Shown: one piece after another, positions 12,695 to 24,552 of the stretch
Layout: each line of letters opens with the position of its first letter
Position numbering within the stretch: position 1 is the stretch's first letter
The notes under the pieces: model-generated
Seen by the model: only the letters and a program-made list of their open reading frames with translations
Databases searched by the model: none
What the model was told of the DNA's origin: nothing
Made by a program: the position numbers and the translations under genes
Assembly: GCF_001194135.2 (NCBI RefSeq)
Contig: NC_068989.1
Location: forward strand, 68,693,085 to 68,744,656
From: Octopus bimaculoides
Lineage: Eukaryota
Length of the DNA stretch: 51,572 bases
Reading direction: 5' to 3'

Positions 12695-13084
12695 TTCTAA
12701 CTCAGTGATATACTTACTGCTCTTTAAATTCTTTTCCATGGTCTATCATTCCTGTTGATTGTAATGATTATATTTTTGAAAGAAATATTCTCCAGTTATT
12801 TATGGCATCAAAACATTTATAGATAAATCATGCAAATATATGTAAATATAATTCTTTCAATGATTAAGCAATTATGTAATTGATATGCAATAGCTATTGT
12901 ATATTTGTATATACACACACACCCCAACAGGTACAACACCAACTTTCTGGAAACTAATGGTTCAGACCCTCTTGTAATCTACACTAACTTATGAGCAGGT
13001 ACTTCAAATGCCTGTGACTGCCAGACTTGTCTACTAGTACCTTGCACAGTACAGTATTAATAAACTTTTATCATTTATACTGGA

Positions 13085-13235
13085 GGCATATGGTTTAGTG
13101 GTTAGGGTATTGGACTCATGATTGTAAAATTGTGGTTTCAATTCTTGGACCAGGCTATGTGCTGTGTTCTTGAGAAAAACACTTCATTTCATGTTGCTCC
13201 AGTCCATTGAGCTGGCAAAAATGAGCTTAGCCTAG
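13085..13235 (+). mobile_element. SINE type C, 5' half
   Basis: Head and central domain only. Confidence 0.7.
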
Positions 13236-13447
13236 AGAGGGGTGGGCTCTGCTAGGTTTTCTCGCCCAAGATATGCTGTATGGCCAAAGTGCTCCAATGA
13301 CCCCCAAGGGGTTAAGGGACTTGACAATTGTCAAAAATCATTTATACTAAATGAAATACAGATACCTGTATTTCATTTAATGGCTTAAGCAACATTAATA
13401 TTTGCTTAATTCAAAGTGTGACCAACCCAGGAAAACAATGTTGTACC

Positions 13448-13509
<62 letters not shown>

Positions 13510-14545
13510 GTTAGCAATTATTTATGGCATCAAAGAATTTATAAATAAATCATGCAAACATATGTAAATATAATTAAGCACAATGATAGTCTATGGATTT
13601 TCTTCTTTCTTCTCTATGATTTTCATGTATGAAATGTTAGGATGTCTACCTATTTATGAAGGACTACCACGCTAACATCAAGCTTTCTGCTTATTTATAT
13701 GTATTTACATTTGTAAAACTTATTTATAAATGCTTTGATGCAATAAACAACATCTGTCCATCATTCATTTTTATCTTTATAGCACAGTCAATGCATTTTT
13801 TATGACCAACACTTATTTACCTGGATTATGTTTTCCATGATTTAACTCTGAATTTTAGGTATCCCATCTGGTTTGAGCACTAATCCATTTGTATCTTATT
13901 TCTTTTGACATATTCTTACACAAACACACACCAAACACATGACCAGTCAGCAGTGCTTTTCTTCCTACATCATTATCATTTTAATGTCTACTTTTCTATA
14001 TTTGCATGGGTCTGACAAAATCTGTTGATGCAGATTTTTGTTGGCCATATGCTCCTCCTGTTGCCAAGTCTCACCTGTTTCCAAACAAGATAATATTTCC
14101 TCCAACTCCTTGAAAACAGCATGTTTCCATGGAAATCTGTTACTGAACTGCAACCATTTATAATGACAATGTTTGTTTGCAGTTAGTGCATGGTGTCAAA
14201 GGCAGTGAGACAGACACAAAGACATGCATTCACACTCATGCACACTTTCAGTTTCCATCTACCAAATTCATTCACAACCTTTTGCTCAGTCTAAAGCTAT
14301 AGCAGAAGACCCTTTGCTAAGGTACCATGCAGTAGGCCTGAACCTGAAGCCATATGGTTGCAAAACAATCTCCTTAACCACACATCTATACTTGTGCTTA
14401 TTCTTTTACCTTTGGTTCGCTTTTTGAAATGCATAAATTTGTATCAAAACACTTGCCCTGTCATGGGTGACTAGCAAACCTTAAGACTTTCTGAATGGTA
14501 CACCTTTACAATAAATTATTTTCAAAATTTGTTTAGTAATGCAGA

Positions 14546-14985
14546 GGCAGTGAGCTAGCAGAATCATTAGCATGCTGGGCAAAACGCTTAGTGGCATTTC
14601 ATCTATCTTTACATTCTGAGTTCAAATTCTGCCAAGGTTGACTTTGCCATTCATCCTTTTGGAGGTCAATAAAATAAGTATCAGTTGAGCACTGGGGTCA
14701 CTGTAATTGACTTAACCCCATCCTCAAACCTGTTGGCCCTGTGCCAAAATTTGAAGCCAATATTTTTAAGTAATGTAAAGGCAATGAACTGGCAGAATCA
14801 TTAGCATGCCCGATAGATGCTTAGCAGCATTTTGTCCATATTTACTTTCTGAGTTCAAATTCACCAACATCAACTTTGCTTTGCATCCTTTTGGGGTTGA
14901 TAAAATAAGTACCAGTTAAGCTCTGAGTACAATGTAATTGACCCCCCAAACTTGCTGGCCATGTGCCAAAATTTGAAACCTTATG
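14546..14985 (+). mobile_element. Two tandem SINE type B copies
   Basis: Copies at about 14546-14762 and 14778-14985. Confidence 0.8.
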
Positions 14986-15763
14986 ATGAGGGCTGTCTCA
15001 TGCAGCCCAATTCTCATTAAAGGTTGCCCATGTCTGCACTAGACTAAGCAGTCTTAGATAAATTGCTTAATCCAGCATTTTCACCTAAGTTGCTACTTGG
15101 AAGGTTTTAAGATTTTGAAATATTGTCAGATCTAGAGCATGAAACCAAAATTTGATTGACGAATTGACTAAAATTCTAAATTAACTACTTGTCAGAATTT
15201 TAGAATCTTATCATTATCTTGATGTCCACTTTTCCATGTTTGCATGGGTTGGATGGTGTTAAGGCAGATTTTTCTATGGCCTGATGCACCTCTTACTGCC
15301 AACCCTCACTTGATTCCACTCATCACTTATTTTTTCATCATCAGACATGTTTTAGCAAAATATTGAAACACGCACATATTCACACATATATATGTACAAT
15401 GGGATTCTTTCAGTTTCCATTCACAAGGATTTGGTCATCTCATGATTCTAAGTGCCAAACAGTGGGACTGAACCTGTAATTATGTGATTTGGAAGCAGAC
15501 TTTTTGGCCACACAGCCACAATCATGACAACAAATACAATAAAAAATTAAAATTTGTGTTGTTTTTTAAGTCTAATTATAAAAGACTGCTGTAAAATCTT
15601 TGAAAGGGGTTATTCATAAGGGCACTTCTAATAGTGGCCTACATTCTCATTTGTATATTGGTCACATTAATATCTTCTGTACCAGCAAAGAGTCCTCTTT
15701 AGTTATCTGTGTCTTGGTTACCAACTGTAAAAATACTTGCATGTAATATATTTATTCTTTCAG

Positions 15764-15790
15764 ATAATTAATAAAAGAACTGAAGTGCCG
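15764..15790 (+). CDS. Candidate 27-nt microexon
   Basis: Acceptor TATTTATTCTTTCAG and donor CCG|GTATGT. Only one frame is open (IINKRTEVP). Confidence 0.3.
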
Positions 15791-16287
15791 GTATGTAATC
15801 CCAAACATGCTCTCTGTCTGATAAAAAAAAAATTTCCAGGGTCAATTGCTTTATATTTACAATTATTTTTTTCAATGATATGACTCCTGGGCATGCATTC
15901 ATAAAAACTAAAGTTTTTTTTTTTTTTGTGCAATTGTGCAGCCTTTTCACTAAGACTTCACTCCCAAAGCTTTCAACCAGATACTTTTCCCCACTATACT
16001 CTCACTAAAAACTTACTTTCTTTTTCAAACACTGCTTTTGCTTTCAACTAAAATCTACATATTAATTTTTCTAATAACCAACACAATTGTCCATTGATGT
16101 TCAACACAGATACTATATATCATTGTTTCTCAGGTAATATTTATAATAGTATTATAAATTTTATATTGTTTCATGTTAAAGAAAAGAAACTTTTATCTTC
16201 ATGCAGAAGTAACTATTTTCAGATTTTGAAATTCTAACAAATGACATAGGTTTTAATAAAATTCTCCTGTTAACTTTCTTCCTTTAA

Positions 16288-16500
16288 CCCATTCATTACT
16301 ATATTTCTATTGAAATCATTGCCTTGGTTTCAATTAATTTTGAAAATAATGAAGAACTCAGTAAGATAATTGTCAGTATTAAACTAGTGTAAGGAAAATA
16401 AATCAACATTCAGTTTTGATGGAAGGTTTTAATTTAAATCACTTTATAAGTTTGTATCGTGGAATGAGGAATGGTCTCAGACATGTTGGTATCGTAAAGG
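16288..16500 (-). mobile_element. piggyBac-like TTAA MITE
   Basis: TTAA-CCC ... AAAGG-TTAA ends, with an internal sequence homologous to the other copies. Confidence 0.75.
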
Positions 16501-16520
16501 TTAAATGTATTTTCCAAATT

Positions 16521-16613
16521 AGTTGATGAAATCAGTTCATGATAGACTAAGAAAGCAGGTGAGAGGAGTTGATGAAATTAGTTCATGATGTACTAAAAAA
16601 GCTAGCAAGAGGA
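16521..16613. repeat. Tandem duplication, 46-bp unit x2
   Basis: AGTTGATGAAAT(C/T)AGTTCATGAT...CTAA.AAAGC...GAGG occurs twice. Confidence 0.8.
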
Positions 16614-16671
16614 ACATTAAATGGCTAAGGGTTATATCAAGTAACAGTTTCTTACATTAGCTACAGGAATA

Positions 16672-17032
16672 GGCATGTCTGTGTGGTTAAAAAGCTTGAT
16701 TTGCAATCATGCGGTCCCATTGTGCAACACCTTGGGCAAGTGTCTTCTACTACAGCCCTAGGCCTGCCAATGTTTTGTGAGTGAATTTGGTTAACATAAA
16801 CTGTGTAGAAGCCAATTATATGTGAGTGTGGTCCACACCATCTGACAACTGGTGTTGGTTTGTTTATGTCCCTCATAACAGAAGCAGTTTGGCAAAAGAG
16901 TCTGGCAGAATATGCACCAAATTTTAAAAATATGTACTGAGGTTGATTTGTTTGATATAATCTTTCAAGGCTATGCCCCAGCATGGCCACAGTCAGTTGA
17001 CTAAAACAAGTAAAAGATAAAAAGATTAGCAC
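16672..17032 (+). mobile_element. SINE type A1
   Basis: Head-to-tail match to the family. Confidence 0.8.
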
Positions 17033-17495
17033 AAAGGCATGTATTTTGTAAAGGGGAAGAGTATAGTTGATTGATCATGGCCTTTGTACCCTCCTAGTAC
17101 TCATTTATTTTACTTTTAACCAAACACTGAATAGAATATGATTGATTTCTAACATAGGCACTTGGTGACAAATTATTGTGAGGTAAGTGTTTCTGGCTGA
17201 TGGAGTCCATCAGATTAAATGTATTACAGTATGTAGTTTTCATCTTATTTCTAACATAGATGCAAGTATGACCTTCACAGTCCTGGTCAGTTCAGTGCAA
17301 GGCACTTTGAACAACTATCTTTTACCCTAACCTCATTCTGGCCAATGCTTTGAGAATAGTATTTGGAAGATAGAAATCGTGTGGAAGACTACTAAAGTCA
17401 GTAAATAGTGGGGTTGTGTTAACGCACGTGGAGAAATAATAGGAAAATGAAAAATAAGGCAGAATACTAAACTAGAAGCATATTTTAATAAAGAT

Positions 17496-17533
17496 TTCTA
17501 ACCGGCTTTCATTGCGAAGCAAATTTTCAAGAA
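17496..17533 (-). ncRNA. Hammerhead ribozyme variant (U3-A8 core), second copy in left arm of inverted repeat
   Basis: Exact reverse complement of 17732-17769. Confidence 0.5.
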
Positions 17534-17731
17534 GGAGAATGAAAATGTTTTTTTACAAAGAAGTACAAAATGAAATTAATATATAAAAAAAATAATATTA
17601 TATAAAAAAATAAATATACCAATACATTATATTGTCTTTGAGCTTTTGAAGTTCAGTGGTAATTAATGTATATAATGGTTGGAAAAATAAGGATGCATGA
17701 GAATTCTTTGTAAAAAACATTTTCATTCTCC

Positions 17732-17769
17732 TTCTTGAAAATTTGCTTCGCAATGAAAGCCGGTTAGAA
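17732..17769 (+). ncRNA. Hammerhead ribozyme variant (U3-A8 core, UUGAAAA) in right arm of inverted repeat
   Basis: Sequence is TTC-TTGAAAA-tTTGC(TTC)GCAAt-GAAA-GCCGGTT-A-GAA. Stem I is TTC/GAA, stem II is TTGC/GCAA, and stem III is the self-complementary AGCCGGTT. The core has the C3-G8 to U3-A8 covariation. Confidence 0.5.
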
Positions 17770-18469
17770 ATCTTTATTAAAATATGCTTACAGTTTAGCA
17801 TTCTGCCTTATTTTTCATTTTCCTATATATATATATAATCACTATTGTCATTTAATGTTCAATTTTTCATATTTGCGTAGCTTGGAGAGAATTTGTTGGG
17901 GTAAAGTTTTTATGGCTGGATGCCATGAAAACTTGCCCAAGGTACTGCTCATTGATATTGAACCTGAAATCACACAGTTAGAAAACAAACAATATTTGAA
18001 GTGTGTATAGAGTAGAGAAAATAATGGTAATGTGTTTTGCTTATAAGTTAGCTTCCATGGGAATCAAGTCTACAAAATGGTTTCAATATAGGAATCTATG
18101 GCTGGAGTTCTTTCATTTAACTTGCATATCTAAGTTCATTTTTTATTGATCATAAAGAACAGCAGTTTTCTGTCATTTAAGAAAAGATTTTATATTATAT
18201 AATACCATGTATATGTTTAAATCTTTTTGTGTTAATTAGTTTTAAAAGCATAAATTTTTTTGAAGTAATATTTTTCTGAGCAAAGTGATCTAAATTAAAA
18301 ATTGCACCATGATACAATTCACTCTGCTAGAAATTTGGAAACATGCTATACTGCTTGGCATTCGTGTTGGAAGATCCAATACAAGCATTTCAGAGTGTTT
18401 GGGTGTCAATCTGAGGACATGTACCAAGAATTTTATCAATTATATAACAATTTTTTATCATGCTTAAAT

Positions 18470-18790
18470 TTGTTGAGTCAATTAGTTTTAAAATCCTAAA
18501 TTATTTAATTCATTTTCATAACCTAAATTTGTGTTAATTTTTAATTTTTTACGTAATCCTAATTTGTGTTAATAACTTTTAAAATCCTAATTTGTTTGTT
18601 AATTACTTTTAAAATCCTAAATTAGTTAATTAGCTTTTAAAAAGCTAATTTTGAATTAATTACTCTCAAAGTCCTAAATTTGTGTTAATTTTGAAATCCT
18701 AAAGTAATTAGCTTTAAATAGCTAAATTTGTGTTAATTATTTTTAAAATCCTAAATTTGTTTGTATTAATTGCTTTTAAAATCCTAACTT
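18470..18790. repeat. AT-rich minisatellite, about 28-bp unit, about 11 diverged copies
   Basis: Unit consensus is roughly TTTTAAAATCCTAAATTTGTGTTAATTAC. Confidence 0.85.
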
Positions 18791-19029
18791 TACATTTTTA
18801 TGATGTTTGTTGTGCCAATGAATTGATGTATGGATTCTGTTTTATCTAACAATCTTTTGCATGCTATCTCATACGTCTACACAAACAAATGCTATAGATT
18901 TTAACAATGTAAAATATTTATTGTCTGAGGATAATATATCTCTGTCCTATTCTGTTCTGGAATTTTAAAAGAATGAGTAAAAATGGAAGGGGAAGAACAA
19001 TCAAAGATCTTGACCAAAAAACTTGTGGT

Positions 19030-19325
19030 TGACTGTGTCATTAAGAAGCTTACTTTTCAACCACATGGATTTTGGGTTCAGTTCCACTGCACAGCACCTT
19101 GAGGAAGTGTCTTTCTACTATAGCCCCGGACTGACTAATGCCTTGTGAGTGATCTGAGAGTTGTGGATGGAAGCTGTGTGTAAGCCTATGTAATGTAGCA
19201 GTTTGGCAAGAGATCAAAGGATGATAAGTAACAGACTTGAGGAGAAAAAAATATTCCACTAAATCCTTTAAAGTAGTGCCCCAGCATGGCCACAATCCAC
19301 TGACTGAAACCAGTGAAAGATAGTC
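19030..19325 (+). mobile_element. SINE type A1 (diverged)
   Basis: Head-to-tail match to the family. Confidence 0.75.
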
Positions 19326-19621
19326 AATCTAACTTATTTTATAAACTAAGAGTAACAGCCTTTCTCTTTTTTTTTTTCATTTATTTTGAGAATTTTCTTA
19401 ATAACATGTCTTAATATCCAAATAATACTGTCTTCATATGTTTTTGACTCAGAAAAAAGTTCTCCCTGTTTGACTTTTTGTCTAACACACTGAACTACAA
19501 ATGATTTTGGCAGAGTACAGACACCCTATGCCAGTTTTTATCATTCAGCAGATTCAGAGAAGTAGTGCACCTTCCAGATAACACTTGTGTTGTTGTTAAC
19601 TCCTCACGCATCAGCTTTGAT

Positions 19622-19850
19622 TAGCCCCTTTTGATACCAATTCATTTGAGACTGTGCCTGGTTCAATGGTACAGACTTTTTGTTTTAAAGTGATTTAAAT
19701 TAAAAACTTCCATCTGAATTTCATGTTAAGTTATGTTCCAAACTCTAACTTAATAATGACAAAGTTATTTTAGTAAATCCTTCATAATTTTCAAAATTAA
19801 TTGAAACAGAAGCACTGTATTACCACAGACATATCATAACAAAAAGATTA
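19622..19850 (+). mobile_element. piggyBac-like MITE copy
   Basis: TTAGCCCCTTTTGATACCAA start and the family internal motifs. Confidence 0.65.
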
Positions 19851-20631
19851 GAACTAACTTCATGATAAATGTAATTCAATCTTTTTATGTATCAGGGACT
19901 ACATTATCGAAGATGAATTCAAGATAATGTGAAGTGGGGTAATTTAAGGGACATTTGGCTGCTGTTTCTAGCAGGTCAAGCAATCATGTAATCTTCAAAT
20001 TCTCTGTTATTGACACACATTGACTAAAATTATCGAATCTTGAGGTGATATTGTTCTTATCTAACCATGAAAACATGTTGCCAGGATAACTACCACACTT
20101 AACATGGCTGCAGCGAAGACCTATCTCTTGGATTATTGACTTCAGAGCCTTGTTTCTGGTATTCTTATTATTCATTGAACAGGATACTTATTTCTGCTTA
20201 CCTTAGCTTAACTATAGTGGTGACACTATCTCTCATAGTCAAATAAAATGCTGGAATATCTGTGTGTAATGTGGAATAGTCCTGCTTGCACTCGTTCCAT
20301 CACTGAAAGTCTATAAGCAATCAGAACCAAGACCCAGATCCATTTGTAAGGCAGAGATAGTTTGAACTGTGCTCTGCTTCTGATAATCCCATTTCCTTCT
20401 CCCGATCCATAGCAAGATTTGATCTCAGTGCTGCTTGCTAATGAAACATTAATTATATAGTGCTCCCACCCCTTAAAGTATCAGTTCTACCTACTGTTGT
20501 TATCTGTTTTACTTCTAAAATGCTTAAATTAAATTATCAAAATACAGTTAAATAAAAAAAAAAAAGGGTTCTTTTTTTACATTTTTTATCAGCAATGGAA
20601 GGGTACTACCCATGGCCCTATATTTTTAAAG

Positions 20632-20720
20632 GTATTCCAAGGCTGATGAGAGGAAGGAAAGAAGTTATCTTCAAACAAGTAACCTGGCTCAAATGTTTGC
20701 AACTGTGAACACCACTGAAG
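20632..20720 (+). CDS. Candidate internal exon, product unknown
   Basis: Acceptor TATTTTTAAAG and donor AAG|GTGATG. Reads YSKADERKERSYLQTSNLAQMFATVNTTE and is phase-compatible with 21972-22041. Confidence 0.25.
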
Positions 20721-20849
20721 GTGATGGGATAAAACTGAGAGATGGATGAAGCCTTTTTCAGCTTAAGTCTATCTAAGGATTAAGGGTATGTTTGACATAA
20801 AAGAAAAAAATGAAATTTTCCTACATACACAAAACACTTTCACACACGA

Positions 20850-21180
20850 ATGGCTATGTAGTTGAGAAGCTTGCTTCTCATTTTTGTGGTCTCAAGTTCA
20901 GTCCCACTGCATGGCATCTTTGACATGTCTTCTTTATTCTAGCCCAGGTCAACCAAAGCCTTGTGAGTGGAATTGGTAGATAAAGAAAGAAAGAAGCCCA
21001 TCGTGTGTGTGTGTACCCTTGTCTTGACATCATGCAATGGTTGTAAATGAGCATAACTCATGCAAACACTATAGTTTGTTTCCTGTCATCCATGAAAAAC
21101 ATGTCAGACCATAGAAAAATCTGTCTCGATAAATTCCATCAAACCTATGCACACATGGAAAAGTGGATGTTAAAATGATT
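20850..21180 (+). mobile_element. SINE type A2 (same head as A1, RTE-like tail ending GGATGTTAAAATGA(TGA)n)
   Basis: The A-type head is followed by CTTGTCTTGACATCA...CCATGAAAACATG...GGAAAAGTGGATGTTAAAATGA. Related A2 pieces lie near 4340-4770, 13975-14390, 15200-15520, 28325-28505, 30870-31250, 32490-32815, 35040-35310, 42190-42390, 44190-44310 and 48610-48800. Confidence 0.75.
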
Positions 21181-21431
21181 GCAAATAGAGCTTTGGTATT
21201 TTAGGAATTCTGAATTTCTCTCCATGCAAAATTCTTTTATTGAAACATCTGACCCAAGCATTTATGCTTTCAGTCTGATTTTACATTGTTTTCTGTGTGT
21301 ATGACATTAAAAGAAGTTCTTAAAATTTATTTTACGTCTTGATACGAAGGTCACACTAGCCATGGGGGCTATGTTGGTGGATGTCTGATCGCATAGACTT
21401 AAGTTCAAGTCTTACTTTGTAAAGTTGTGTC

Positions 21432-21623
21432 CCTGATGCAATAAGCCTGCATACTTTAAATTAACAAACAAATAAAAAGAGTTAAAAAAACAGATCTAGG
21501 TTCACTTCAGCATTTGAGGAATTAAGAATCCTGATACATAAACCTGCTTACTTCAAACTGACAAACAAATGAAAAAAGTTAAAAAAACGAGTTCGAATTC
21601 ACTTCAGCTTTTGAGGGCTTAAC
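21432..21623. repeat. Tandem duplication, 97-bp unit x2
   Basis: CCTGAT.CA..AA.CCTGC.TACTT.AAA.T.ACAAACAAAT.AAAA.AGTTAAAAAAAC...TTCACTTCAGC.TTTGAGG occurs twice. Confidence 0.8.
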
Positions 21624-21971
21624 TGTGGGAAGGGCATCTGCATGCTAGATATTTGCTCCTCATGCAAACATCATCATCATTTAGCATTGGTATAGACTGG
21701 AAGGTCAACAGATTCTGGCAAGCCAGAGGATTGCGTCAATCACCAAACTTACTTTGGTATGATTTCTACAGTTGAATGTCCTTCATGCCAACCACTTTAC
21801 AGTTTTTTTTTTCTTTTGGTGAATTTTGCATAACACAAATTTTAGTGTGGTCACCAAGTAACTTACAAGACCTCTTGACTTAGTGAGAGCGACTATATAT
21901 AGTAGGTGATGAGAAGCCAAAGTAAGTTAGAAACAAAAAGAAAAATTATTTTTGTTTTATCCTCTTGTAAG

Positions 21972-22041
21972 AGCTAGAACTGGTTTCCACAAACATCCTA
22001 CCATTCCGTCTTGTATCTCAGTTTGGTACTCCACCACCCAA
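21972..22041 (+). CDS. Candidate internal exon, product unknown
   Basis: A long pyrimidine tract ends in TAAG; donor is CAA|GTCAGT. Reads ELELVSTNILPFRLVSQFGTPPPK in one of two open frames. A 67-nt intron-like spacer leads to a strong acceptor at 22108. Confidence 0.3.
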
Positions 22042-23559
22042 GTCAGTCAGTCACTCACACACTTCTACCTGCTAAATGTAATAAGTTTCTTTGCTGTATT
22101 TATCCCAGAACAGGGCATCTGTGGTGCCATTTAGGACTCCTGATTCTTCAACTGGGAGGCCCATATATTGAAATGTTTAATCTTCATTAGTATATTTTAT
22201 ATTTGAACATTTCCTGATTGTTAAGGCAACATCTTTGTTTTCTCATATTTCTAAAATTCATCTCATTATCTCTATTACTGAGAATGTAGATGTATAAACA
22301 TATGGAATTTTACCTGAATTTGATTGGGAGTTATCTTGTACAACTTGTTCTAATGACTGCAAGTATGGCAGCAACTTATTTCTTTTATTTTGCTTGCTAG
22401 CTTACTTCCTTCCATTATTACCCACAGGTATCTGATTTCTTCAGCTGTTTGTCTATACACCCAACCTATATATGTAGATAACAAACACAGGGTCTGTTTG
22501 TGTAAACATATCTATTTATAGTGATGAAACCAGTGCTAACATGTTATCTTAAAGATAGCATTTTTGTAATGTTTATATGCTTTTATATATAATTTCTTTT
22601 TAACCATTACATTTTTTTCAAAAAATGGAAATTGTTAGAGCATTGAAGAAAATGCCTTGCTGTATTTGATCTGGCCCTTTATTTTCTGAGTTTAATTCCT
22701 AGTGAGGTCAACTTTACCTAACTCTACCTTTCATCTTATGCCCAAATTAGAAGTCACATGTCCCTTTAAAAAAAATGTATGGGTATCCTTTTATTCTTTT
22801 ACTGGTTTCAGTCAGTCATTGAATTGTGACCATAGTGGGTCACTGTTTTGAAGAGGTTACTTAGTCACATTGCCCCCCAGTACTATTTTCACTTTGATAT
22901 TTCCATTATGGATATATAAGTTTCATTTCTTGTGAGTGTGGCTACATATATGTGTATGTGTAATTGTTCTTTTTCATGTATTTGTGTCTATATATGTGTC
23001 AGTATACATTTCTGTATACTTACATATATGTGTGTATGTATGTGTGAGAGAGAGCGAGTTTATAAATTGCCTGTGAATGTGTCTGTGTTTTCATATCAGT
23101 TTGCATTTAAATATCTACCTGTATATTTCCATTCATGTGTGTATGGGGTGATTGACATAAACACACAATGCCAATACTTAGTTATTGTGCAGTATCAACT
23201 TTTTTTCTTTTTTGTGTATATGTATTTATGTGTTGATATTTATTATTTGTCATTTAGCAACCACAATTATCACTTATGGAACTAGGTACCGTCAGAAATG
23301 TTTTATTTTTTAATTTGTGACACGTTCATCATCATCATCATCATCTTCATAGTTAATATCACAATTCTTTTGCTTTTAAGTTTACTTATTGATACCTTTT
23401 CATAACAATGCATATATGTTTGTGTGTATGCATGCACACACACACACACATGGTTATATGCATGTTTGTGTTAATATTGTAATTGCTTTTAATTCTGTAA
23501 ATTTATTTGCATTTATGTATTGACACATTATGTATTGACACATTATATATTTGAAAGTG

Positions 23560-23880
23560 CGTGGCTTAGTGGTTAGGGTATTCGGCTCACAATTGTAAGG
23601 TTGTGAGTTCAATTCTTGGCAAAGCATTGTGTCCTTGAGCAAGACACTTTATTTCACATTGCTCCAGTCCTCTTGACTGACAAGAATGAGTAGTGCCTGT
23701 ATTTCAAAGGGCCAGCTTTGTCACACTGTGTGTCATGCTGAATCTCCCTGAGAACTACCTTAACGGTACATGTGTCTGTAGTGTGGAGTACTCAGCCACT
23801 TGCATGTTAATTTCACAAGTATGCTGTTCTGTTGACTGGATCAACTGGAACCCTCATCATAACCAACAGAGTGCCAGTAT
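23560..23880 (+). mobile_element. SINE type C
   Basis: tRNA-like head, GTGTCCTTGAGCAAGACACTTTATTTCACATTGCTCCAGT domain, and a 3' part shared with the 24182 copy. Confidence 0.8.
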
Positions 23881-23896
23881 GTATTGATATTTCTTT

Positions 23897-23937
<41 letters not shown>

Positions 23938-24181
23938 CCCAGTTTGTCATGGGTCAGGTGAGTATTTTGTCAGTGATACATCAGATTTATGTAGGTTTCC
24001 ATTTTAAACACTGAAAGAAATATGTATCCATTGTAATGAGCAAGGTTATATTGATAGTAGAATATCAGATAAAGATATTTTTGGTCTTATGGTCTATTTT
24101 AAATGCAGTTATGTGTTAGATTAATATTGTAGTTTATAGTTATTAATAAAAATAATTAATTGAGGTTAATTTTTTGGAGAC

Positions 24182-24552
24182 AATAATGGCACTCCGTCAC
24201 TTACGACGATGAGGGTTCAGTTGATTTGATCAATGGAACAGCCTGCTCATGAAATTAAGGTGCAAGTGGCTGAGCACTCCACGGACACGTATACCCTTAA
24301 CATAGTTTTCAGGGATATTCAGTGTGACAAGGCTGGCCCCTTTGAATTACAGGCACAACAGAAACAGGAAGTAAGAGTGAGAGAAAGTTGTGGTGAAAGT
24401 GTACAGCAGGGTTCACCACCACCCCTGCCGGAACCTCGTGGAGCTTTAGGTATTTTCGCTCAATAAACACTCACAACGCCCGGTCTGGGAATCGAAACCA
24501 CGATCCTATGACTGCGAGTCCGCTGCCCTAACCACTGGGCCATTGTGCCTCC
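24182..24552 (-). mobile_element. SINE type C, young full-length copy
   Basis: A box TGGCCCAGTGG and B box GGTTTCGATTCCC, with CpGs retained. Possible TSD TTGGAGAC/TTGGTGAC. Confidence 0.85.

Larger units (their letters stand above)
17439..17826. repeat. Long inverted repeat, probable inverted Penelope-like pseudo-LTR pair
   Basis: Arms are 17439-17562 and 17704-17826, differing by 3 substitutions and 1 indel, with a 141-bp spacer. Each arm carries a hammerhead-like motif. The right arm ends in (TA)n. Confidence 0.85.

Noticed and set aside
16120-16141. Recursive splice sites (pyrimidine tract-AG|GT; also at 22427, 13858, 40412)
   Set aside because: Donor halves are mostly weak, such motifs are expected by chance in AT-rich DNA, and the host gene and strand are not established.
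16521-16613. Tandem C/D snoRNAs (TGATGA in both units)
   Set aside because: No D box (CTGA) or terminal stem at a suitable distance.
18470-18790. CRISPR-like array
   Set aside because: The context is eukaryotic, the units are contiguous and diverged with no unique spacers, and there are no cas genes.
20643-20649. CTGATGA hammerhead core
   Set aside because: No stem II and no correctly placed GAAA-stem III-NUH junction follow.
24470-24552. tRNA gene (also considered for other SINE heads and 28232-28305)
   Set aside because: A and B boxes are present, but there is no complete cloverleaf or acceptor stem and the sequence continues into a SINE body.
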